Source: Clostridia bacterium
Lineage (GTDB): Bacteria; Bacillota; Clostridia; Oscillospirales; Acutalibacteraceae
NCBI GenBank assembly: GCA_017423825.1
Contig: JAFPCP010000029.1
Coordinates: 15,521-79,520, forward strand
Direction: 5' to 3'
DNA: 64,000 nt
The stretch's first letter is position 1. Every line of letters begins with the position of its first letter. A program made the translations under genes and the position numbers. The notes below the pieces were generated by a model. The model was not told where the DNA came from. It saw nothing but the letters and a program-made list of their open reading frames with translations, and did not search any database. This document shows, one piece after another, positions 57,709 to 64,000 of this stretch.

Positions 57709-58464
57709 ATGAAAAAACGCACAAAAAACACACTCAAATTATCTCTGAAAGTTTGGGGCCGTTTGCTCATGTCCGGCATCATGTGTGCCGTGTTATCATT
57801 ATCCATGTCGGTGCTGGGAAACGGTTTGCTGGCTAAGGATGTCGGCTATCGAATCATACAGGTAACGCAAATTGGCGAAAACAGTGAAGCCACCATTCTC
57901 AAAGAGCATCGATACACACAAAACGAAAAACCTGTCGAAGGGATGGAGTTGCCGGAAGGGCAGTATTTTCAAGCCATTTCCGAGATGACACCGGCGGTTA
58001 AAACGCTTATGGACGTTTTGACGCAACTTGGCATGTTGTTCTTGCTGGGTGTGTTCCCTTACAATCTGTTGTGGGAAGTGGGGAACAAGGATGAAAACAA
58101 AGTGCGTTATCGCAACCGTCGCCCCGAACCCTGGCGTGGTCTCAAAATCGGCCTTTTGTCGATGATTCCCACGGCGCTGCTGTATGTTGCGTTGTGGTTG
58201 AGCAAAGGCGGCGTTTTGCCGGCGGGTTATTTGGCGGTTTATCGCGTGTTAAACACGCCGTATTTGCCATATATTAACTGGTTTATACCGGTTGGCGTTT
58301 CTATATCCGAAATTGCTTTTTGGCGCTTATTTGCCGTCGCGGGGTTGGTTGTTTTTGTTCCCGCGGTATGCGTGATTGGTTATCGATTAGGCTTCTGTCA
58401 ATTCTCTATAAAAGAACATTTGACCTATCAATCTCCTGAAAAAGAAGAACAAGGCGAAGTGTAA
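57709..58464 (+). CDS. polytopic membrane protein of unknown function
   Basis: GGAGG RBS, basic N-terminus plus multiple hydrophobic helices. No motif recognised. Confidence 0.6.
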   Translation: MKKRTKNTLKLSLKVWGRLLMSGIMCAVLSLSMSVLGNGLLAKDVGYRIIQVTQIGENSEATILKEHRYTQNEKPVEGMELPEGQYFQAISEMTPAVKTLMDVLTQLGMLFLLGVFPYNLLWEVGNKDENKVRYRNRRPEPWRGLKIGLLSMIPTALLYVALWLSKGGVLPAGYLAVYRVLNTPYLPYINWFIPVGVSISEIAFWRLFAVAGLVVFVPAVCVIGYRLGFCQFSIKEHLTYQSPEKEEQGEV

Positions 58465-58525
58465 GTGTAGTCAGTCTGTGTGATATTCCTTACCTTATCC
58501 ACATAGGATGAGTGGGGGGATGAGC

Positions 58526-59215
58526 ATGAAGACACGACGTAACATAAGCATCCTGCTTTGCATATGCATTGGCTGGTGTTTGTTAGTAGGCATCAACGGG
58601 CGCACTCTTTCCACGCAGGGGCCGGTGGCGGCGCCGTCGATATTGCTGGATCCCGGCCACGGCGGGGAGGACGGCGGCACAGCGGCATCCGATGGCACGC
58701 TGGAAAAAAACATCAATCTGGCGATAGCATTGGATTTGCGGGATCTGTTGCAAATCTGTGGTTTCCCGGTATCTATGACTAGGGATGTGGACATATCCAT
58801 TCACGATGCAGGTAACACGACGGCGCGGCAGAAAAAAGTCAGTGATATGCAAAATCGCTTGAAACTATATGAGCAAGCACACACCGTTATAGCGATTCAT
58901 CAAAATCATTACGGCGTTTCCAAATACAAAGGAGCGCAAGTTTTTTATTCTGCCAATCACGAGGCGGGGCAAACCCTCGCAACCTCTATACAACAAAGTA
59001 TATCGCAGCGTTTGCAGACGGATAACACGCGGCAGATAAAGAAAGCGACCGATGGCATATTTCTGCTGCATCACACAAAACGCCCGGCCGTTTTGGTGGA
59101 ATGCGGATTTTTGTCTAATCCCGAGGAGTTGGCTTTATTAAAAATGCCCGTCTATCAGCAACAGATTGCCTTTTGTGTGATGGCGGGGTATTTTGAATAT
59201 ATGGTACAAGAATGA
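58526..59215 (+). CDS. cwlD: N-acetylmuramoyl-L-alanine amidase, CwlD-like (germination-specific type)
   Basis: Amidase_3 motifs LLDPGHGGEDGG, HQNH and ECGFLSNPEE. The N-terminal TM and about 230-aa size are typical of CwlD. Confidence 0.8.
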   Translation: MKTRRNISILLCICIGWCLLVGINGRTLSTQGPVAAPSILLDPGHGGEDGGTAASDGTLEKNINLAIALDLRDLLQICGFPVSMTRDVDISIHDAGNTTARQKKVSDMQNRLKLYEQAHTVIAIHQNHYGVSKYKGAQVFYSANHEAGQTLATSIQQSISQRLQTDNTRQIKKATDGIFLLHHTKRPAVLVECGFLSNPEELALLKMPVYQQQIAFCVMAGYFEYMVQE

Positions 59216-59224
59216 GGAGAAAAA

Positions 59225-60586
59225 ATGGCTGGAAAGAACAAAAACGTCTATGTTTGTATAGAGTGTGGTGCTGAATCCGCGAAATGGTATGGGCGGTGTC
59301 CTGCCTGTGGGGCGTGGAACACTTTGGAAGAACAGATATCTGCTTCGTCCGCCCACAGCAAAAACGGACAAGCAGTCAAAGCGGTGGTGCAATCCATCCG
59401 GGATATCCGCCCGAATGATAAACAGCGCTATCACACCGGTCTGCAAGAACTGGATAGGGTGCTGGGTGGCGGTATCGTGTGCGGCAGTTTAATGCTTTTG
59501 GGCGGTGACCCCGGCATCGGTAAATCCACCCTTCTTTTACAGATTTGCGAACATTTAGGAAGGGAACACACGGTTTTATATGTTTCCGGCGAAGAATCCG
59601 AAGGGCAGATAAAACTGCGGGCAGACCGTCTGCAAGTGTCCGGTGAAAACCTTCTGGTGTTGTGCGAAAATGATATGGATGCCGTGTTACTGTCTATACA
59701 AGACACAAAACCGGATATTGTCATTATCGATTCTATTCAAACCATGAATTTGGCGGAAATCGCATCCGCGTCCGGCAGTGTAACGCAAGTGCGTGAATGC
59801 ACCTCGGCCATTATGCGACTTGCCAAACGGGAGAACATTTCTGTGTTTATCGTGGGGCATGTCAATAAAGATGGGGCAATCGCCGGTCCTAAGGTGATGG
59901 AGCATATTGTGGATTGCGTTCTCTATTTTGAGGGGGACAGGCATTCCTCGTATCGTCTGTTACGTTGTGTGAAAAACCGTTTTGGTTCCACAAACGAAAT
60001 CGGCGTGTTCGAGATGGGAGGACAAGGTTTGGCGGAGGTAGAAAATCCTTCGCTTATGCTGCTGTCCGGTCGTCCGTTGAATGTTAGCGGTGCCTGTGTG
60101 GCTTGCACCATCGAGGGCACTCGCCCGATGCTCGCGGAGATACAAGGTCTGGTTTCGCCCACCGGCTTTGGAAATCCCCGGCGGATGGCGACCGGCTTCG
60201 ATTATAACCGTTTAGCGCTCATTTTGGCAGTGCTGGAAAAACGAGCGGGTTATTTCTTTTCGAATCTGGATATTTATGTGAATGTGGTGGGCGGTCTGTG
60301 GCTGGATGAACCGGCTGTGGACTTGCCGGTCGCGCTATCTTTGATTTCCGGACTGAAAGATGTGATTATTCCGTCCGATTGTCTGGCTTTTGGTGAAATT
60401 GGATTGACCGGAGAAATTCGAGCTGTTTCCAATGCGGATTTGCGCGTATCTGAGGCGGTACGGATGGGTTTCAAGCGGGTTATTTTACCCGCGCACAACC
60501 TTTCTTCCGTAGCCAAACGGGATACCATTCAGTTGATTGGAGTGCATACCGTTCGGGAAGCATTTGAAGCTATGCAGGAGTCATAA
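59225..60586 (+). CDS. radA: DNA repair protein RadA/Sms
   Basis: Zn finger CIECGAESAKWYGRCPACGAWNT, Walker A GGDPGIGKST, KNRFG, and a Lon-like C-terminal domain. Confidence 0.96.
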   Translation: MAGKNKNVYVCIECGAESAKWYGRCPACGAWNTLEEQISASSAHSKNGQAVKAVVQSIRDIRPNDKQRYHTGLQELDRVLGGGIVCGSLMLLGGDPGIGKSTLLLQICEHLGREHTVLYVSGEESEGQIKLRADRLQVSGENLLVLCENDMDAVLLSIQDTKPDIVIIDSIQTMNLAEIASASGSVTQVRECTSAIMRLAKRENISVFIVGHVNKDGAIAGPKVMEHIVDCVLYFEGDRHSSYRLLRCVKNRFGSTNEIGVFEMGGQGLAEVENPSLMLLSGRPLNVSGACVACTIEGTRPMLAEIQGLVSPTGFGNPRRMATGFDYNRLALILAVLEKRAGYFFSNLDIYVNVVGGLWLDEPAVDLPVALSLISGLKDVIIPSDCLAFGEIGLTGEIRAVSNADLRVSEAVRMGFKRVILPAHNLSSVAKRDTIQLIGVHTVREAFEAMQES

Positions 60587-60592
60587 AATAGT

Positions 60593-61078
60593 ATGAAAGA
60601 TAAACTTATTCATTGGTTCGCAGCGTTTGGTTTGTTATCGTTGACAGCCGCTGTTTTTCTTGCCATTGGTCTAACTGTTCCGGCGTTGCCGGGGCTACAA
60701 CGAACCGAAACAATCGAAATCAAAAATAGCGACGCTGTTTTAGGGGCTACTCAAACTGCCAACGTCGATGGCGAGGCGGTGCCTACGTCGACTTCTACTT
60801 CGGCCTCTGCTATAATCTCAGCACCCACCGAAACCTCTGTTACCTCTGCAAAGACATCTTCCTCCACCGTCGTAAATAAAACCACCAAAATTGCGATAAA
60901 CACTGCCACAAAAGATGAGCTGATGTCCATTAAGGGGATCGGCGAGTCTTTTGCAGAGCGCATCATCGCCTATCGAGAAGAACATGGCGGTTTCAAGAGC
61001 TTGGAAGAACTCAAAAACATTTCCGGCGTAGGAGAGAAACGCTATGCGAACTGGGTGCCTTATTTTAGCATAAATTGA
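60593..61078 (+). CDS. comEA: ComEA-family helix-hairpin-helix DNA-binding protein
   Basis: N-terminal TM, S/T-rich linker, and a C-terminal tandem HhH (LMSIKGIGESFAERII ... LKNISGVGEKRY). Confidence 0.88.
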   Translation: MKDKLIHWFAAFGLLSLTAAVFLAIGLTVPALPGLQRTETIEIKNSDAVLGATQTANVDGEAVPTSTSTSASAIISAPTETSVTSAKTSSSTVVNKTTKIAINTATKDELMSIKGIGESFAERIIAYREEHGGFKSLEELKNISGVGEKRYANWVPYFSIN

Positions 61079-61097
61079 TAAAATCTTTGAATTTTTG

Positions 61098-61126
61098 TTG
61101 AAATCCTGTTTAGTCTGTGGCATAAT
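61098..61126 (+). promoter_or_regulatory. extended -10 sigma-A promoter
   Basis: TTGAAA (61098-61103), 17 nt, TGgCATAAT (-10 at 61121-61126). Confidence 0.55.
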
Positions 61127-61180
61127 GGTATGTAGGCGAAAAAACAAGGATAAACCAACTAGGACAGGGGAGAGGTCAGC

Positions 61181-61738
61181 TTGCGTGTCATTACCGGTAG
61201 TGCCCGCGGGTGTCGTTTAGAAACATTACCGGGCGATTCCACTCGCCCCACAGCCGAAAAGGTGAAGGAAAGCCTCTTTTCGGCTATTCAATTTGATATC
61301 GAGGGACGGCGTGTGTTGGATTTGTTTGCCGGTTCGGGGCAGTTAGGGATCGAGGCGCTGAGCCGCGGTGCGGCGAGTTGTGTGTTTGTGGACCAAAATA
61401 CGCAAGCAGTGCAGGTGATTCGCGGCAACTTACAGCGCGCCGGGTTAACAGCTAACGCACAAGTGATCAGCACCGATGCATTGACCTATCTCAATCGGCC
61501 GAAGGAGCGCTTTGATTTAGTGTTTCTTGATCCGCCGTATGCCACCGATCTCTTGCACGCCGCAATGCAAAAGGTGGCGCCGCTTATCAACGATGGCGGT
61601 ATCCTTATCTGTGAAACCGATGCGCAGACGAACATGCCCGAGCGTGTTGACCGTCTGGCGCTAAATCGTGTTTATCGTTTCGGGCGTATACATGTATATT
61701 TGTATCGCTACGCACCACAAGAGGAGGTCATGCTTTGA
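61181..61738 (+). CDS. rsmD: 16S rRNA (guanine966-N2)-methyltransferase
   Basis: TTG start after GGGGAGAGG. Motifs FAGSGQLGIEALSRGA and DPPY. Confidence 0.9.
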   Translation: MRVITGSARGCRLETLPGDSTRPTAEKVKESLFSAIQFDIEGRRVLDLFAGSGQLGIEALSRGAASCVFVDQNTQAVQVIRGNLQRAGLTANAQVISTDALTYLNRPKERFDLVFLDPPYATDLLHAAMQKVAPLINDGGILICETDAQTNMPERVDRLALNRVYRFGRIHVYLYRYAPQEEVML

Positions 61739-62232
61739 AGATTGCTATTTGTCCCGGTAGCTTTGATCCGGTAACGTTGGGCCATGTGGATATTATACGC
61801 CGTGCCTCTCAGCTGTTTGACCAGGTGATTGTGGTTGTGATGTCAAATGTATCCAAATCGCCACTATTCAGTCAAGTGGAGCGCATGGATCTGCTGCAAC
61901 GAGCCGTAAAAGAAGCCGATCTGCACAACGTGACGGTAGATTGCTATGATGGATTGTTGGCAGAATATGCACATTCCAGACGAGCCACCGCGATCGTTAA
62001 AGGGCTACGAGCCATGTCGGATTTTGAATATGAATTCCAAATGGCTTTAACAAACCGAAAACTCAATCCGGAAGTAGAAACGGTGTTTTTAACTACCACG
62101 GCGGACCATATGTATTTATCTTCCAGCTTGGTCAAACAAGTGGCTCTCCTCGGTGGAGATATCAGCGATTTTGTTCCCTCCTGCCTTTTGCCGTACATTA
62201 TAGATAAATTAAGAAAGGAAACAGAACAATGA
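61735..62232 (+). CDS. coaD: phosphopantetheine adenylyltransferase
   Basis: CPGSFDPVTLGHVDII motif. Overlaps the rsmD stop. Confidence 0.95.
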   Translation: MKIAICPGSFDPVTLGHVDIIRRASQLFDQVIVVVMSNVSKSPLFSQVERMDLLQRAVKEADLHNVTVDCYDGLLAEYAHSRRATAIVKGLRAMSDFEYEFQMALTNRKLNPEVETVFLTTTADHMYLSSSLVKQVALLGGDISDFVPSCLLPYIIDKLRKETEQ

Positions 62233-62705
62233 GTATGACTATTGAAGATATTTTGGAAACGATTGATGATATGTTGGATGCGGCGTGGGCTATGCCTTTG
62301 TCGGGTGGAAAAATTGTTGTTGACGGCGAGCGTATGCGGGATTTGATTGAATCCATTCGCGGCAATATGCCTAGCGAAATTCGTCAGGCGAAGAATATCG
62401 TGCGTGACCGCACAGATATTATCAACGCGGCGAAAGGGGAGGCGGAGAGCATTATCCGCAACGCCGAAGAACGGCGCAATCAGATTGTATCGCAAGAAGA
62501 GATTGTTAAACAAGCGCAGGAAAAGGCAAACGAATTGCAAACCCAAACGCAAAAACGCGTACGCGAAATGCGGCGCACCGCACAAGAGTTTACCGAAGAT
62601 TTGTTACGGCGTACCGAAGAAACGCTGACGCAGCAGGTTGCGCAAGTGCGGCAAGCGCGGCAATCCCTTCGTTCCGGTGGCAACAAAACGACAGACGTGG
62701 AATAA
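62229..62705 (+). CDS. coiled-coil protein of unknown function (ATPase subunit b/H-like helical region)
   Basis: 158 aa, E/R/Q-rich heptad-like C-terminal half, translationally coupled to coaD (ATGA). Confidence 0.6.
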   Translation: MSMTIEDILETIDDMLDAAWAMPLSGGKIVVDGERMRDLIESIRGNMPSEIRQAKNIVRDRTDIINAAKGEAESIIRNAEERRNQIVSQEEIVKQAQEKANELQTQTQKRVREMRRTAQEFTEDLLRRTEETLTQQVAQVRQARQSLRSGGNKTTDVE

Positions 62706-62717
62706 AATCGCATTTAT

Positions 62718-62758
62718 AAAAAAGTGGGCAGACACGATATGTGTCTGCCCACTTTTTT
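62718..62758. terminator. bidirectional rho-independent terminator
   Basis: AAAAAAGTGGGCAGACAC-GATAT-GTGTCTGCCCACTTTTTT. Confidence 0.88.
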
Positions 62759-62767
62759 ATGTGAGAA

Positions 62768-63361
62768 TCAATCAAAGCTGGGATTGAACGCATAAAAGTT
62801 CTTGCTGTTCAGGCGGTCTTGTAACAAGCGAAGTCCTTCGCCAAAACGTTGAAAATGCACAATTTCTCTGGCGCGCAAGAATTTAAGCGGTTCGCGCACG
62901 TCGGGATCATCCACCAGACGTAGCAGATTATCATAGGTGGTGCGCGCTTTTTGTTCGGCAGCTAAATCCTCATGGAAATCGGTTATAGGATCTCCCTTAG
63001 ACTGGAACCCCATTGCATTAAAGGGGGTGCCGGAGGCGGCAACCGGGTACACGCCGGTGGTGTGGTCTGTGTAATATGGCGCAAATCCGCTGTCTAAAAT
63101 TTCTTTTTCGCTTAGATTGCGCGTTAATTGATACACGATAGCCGACACCATTTCCAGATGCGCCAACTCCTCTGTGCCCACATCGGTTAAAATGCCCTTT
63201 AATTCGCCGAAAGGCATGGAATAGCGTTGGCTTAAATAACGCAGAGAGGCACCGGCTTCGCCGTCAGGTCCGCCGTATTGACTGATAATAAGCCCTGCCA
63301 GCTTAGGGTTGGGATTTTTGATGTTTACCGGATATTGCAATTTTTTCTCATATTGCCACAT
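62768..63361 (-). CDS. cotJC: spore coat protein CotJC (manganese-catalase family)
   Basis: MWQYEKKLQYPVNIKNPNPKLAGLIISQYGGPDGE...ELAHLEM are di-iron/manganese catalase motifs. The ATG at 63361 lies 9 nt after AAGGAG. Confidence 0.88.
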   Translation of the reverse strand: MWQYEKKLQYPVNIKNPNPKLAGLIISQYGGPDGEAGASLRYLSQRYSMPFGELKGILTDVGTEELAHLEMVSAIVYQLTRNLSEKEILDSGFAPYYTDHTTGVYPVAASGTPFNAMGFQSKGDPITDFHEDLAAEQKARTTYDNLLRLVDDPDVREPLKFLRAREIVHFQRFGEGLRLLQDRLNSKNFYAFNPSFD

Positions 63362-63626
63362 ATCTGCCATCTCCTTTGCAAATATCCCAGGGCCACGGGT
63401 CGCAAACCCATTCTTTCCAGGATTCTTGTACATCTTGTTGGGTTAAGATGTATTTGCCATAACATTGCTCGTATTCATCAATCAATTTTTGTAATTTTTT
63501 TTGATAAACGCATCGCAACTCCATAGCTTCTTTATCACAGGGATGAGAATCCAGGAACAGTCCCAGGTCATATAAGGCAAATTGATAAGCCGAGATGCGC
63601 CTTTCAATGTCATATCGATTAACCAC
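63348..63626 (-). CDS. cotJB: spore coat protein CotJB
   Basis: ISAYQFALYDLGLFLDSHP...DPWPW pattern of CotJB. GTG start overlapping the cotJA end. Confidence 0.85.
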   Translation of the reverse strand: MVNRYDIERRISAYQFALYDLGLFLDSHPCDKEAMELRCVYQKKLQKLIDEYEQCYGKYILTQQDVQESWKEWVCDPWPWDICKGDGRYVAI

Positions 63627-63786
63627 AACGGCCCCTCCTTCCCATGAACGGTTTGTTTAGTTCTGGGAAAATTGTGCCGTAGCAAAATCCCTTTTCCGGT
63701 TCATACACGTTTTCTAAATCCTGCCAACGCACATAAGCGATGGCCAATGCGGGGTCTTGCGGAAACGCTTGCATCGGATGTTCCAT
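63619..63786 (-). CDS. cotJA: spore coat-associated protein CotJA (55 aa, not in ORF track)
   Basis: AAGGAG RBS. MEHPMQAFPQDPALAIAYVRWQDLENVYEPEKGFCYGTIFPELNKPFMGRRGRCG matches the CotJA pattern (AxAYVxxQ...GTIFPxLxxPF). Confidence 0.8.
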   Translation of the reverse strand: MEHPMQAFPQDPALAIAYVRWQDLENVYEPEKGFCYGTIFPELNKPFMGRRGRCG

Positions 63787-63829
63787 TCAAGTGACTCCTT
63801 TCTCAAAAGTATTTGTCCCAATTCCAGTA

Positions 63830-63837
63830 TATGTATG
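63830..63837 (-). promoter_or_regulatory. possible sigma-E type -10 element upstream of cotJA
   Basis: The minus strand reads CATACATA about 45 nt upstream of the cotJA ATG. cotJ is sigma-E dependent in B. subtilis. The -35 was not convincingly identified. Confidence 0.3.
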
Positions 63838-63856
63838 CCTGTCCGTATGGTGACAA

Positions 63857-63900
63857 AAAACGGATGGACCACCAATCGAAAAGGTGAATCCATCCGTTTT
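63857..63900. terminator. hairpin terminator for the upstream minus-strand gene
   Basis: AAAACGGATGGA...TCCATCCGTTTT flanked by an A-run and a T-run. Confidence 0.7.
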
Positions 63901-63917
63901 ATCTGTTTATATAGCGA

Positions 63918-64000
63918 TTATTTTGTTTTTCTGCGATGCAGGATATAGGTGTATATATAATAACCGGCCAAACTGCAAGCGCCGGTTATTGCGTAGACGA
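63918..64000 (-). CDS. partial CDS (C-terminal 27 codons), hydrophobic tail of a membrane protein
   Basis: The frame reads ...VYAITGACSLAGYYIYTYILHRRKTK and then TAA (63920-63918). The gene starts beyond the window end. Confidence 0.3.
   Translation of the reverse strand, partial: VYAITGACSLAGYYIYTYILHRRKTK

Noticed and set aside
61944-62585. 213-aa minus-strand ORF antisense to coaD and the coiled-coil gene
   Set aside because: It is a shadow ORF with no RBS or motif.

Overview
This is a chromosomal segment of a spore-forming Firmicute. It looks Clostridia-like because it carries cotJABC, yunB, a cwlD-like amidase, a SpoIIQ-like M23 peptidase and YetF/DUF421. Housekeeping genes are densely packed on both strands. 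From left to right they include an ABC-2/GldG exporter, tRNA-Gly/Arg/His, rpsF-ssb-rpsR, tmcAL, ackA, an ACT+UPF0210 pair, an RluA-family synthase, an M18 aminopeptidase, an SLT transglycosylase, a Sua5-CoaE fusion, prfA, alaS behind a T-box, HIT, a DEDDh exonuclease, yunB, ligA and tRNA-Leu. Next come a 9-gene aromatic amino-acid operon, tRNA-Gln, a MacB-like ABC fusion, metK behind a SAM-I riboswitch, a RibU-type transporter behind an FMN riboswitch, rnhA, rnj, rplI, dnaB, tilS, ftsH and rodA. The right end holds tsaE/tsaB, upp, mutY, dCMP deaminase, rpiB, radA, comEA, rsmD, coaD and cotJCBA. The only clearly accessory stretch is an AT-rich islet (about 24.8-27.2 kb) that begins next to a decayed initiator-tRNA 3' fragment. 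It contains a two-gene cassette (RHH regulator plus split zinc-ribbon membrane protein) bracketed by about 42-nt inverted hairpin repeats. The most interesting signal is a 24-codon Phe/Tyr-rich leader ORF with competing hairpins and a T-tract directly upstream of the aromatic operon. This is a candidate ribosome-mediated attenuator, where Firmicutes are usually described as using T-box or TRAP control. Several small genes below the ORF-track cutoff were recovered by eye: the aromatic leader peptide, an N/Q/K-repeat microprotein, an RHH protein, a 57-aa protein and cotJA. No CRISPR array, rRNA, transposase or integrase gene was seen. All calls rest on reading the sequence and recalled family motifs; no searches were run.
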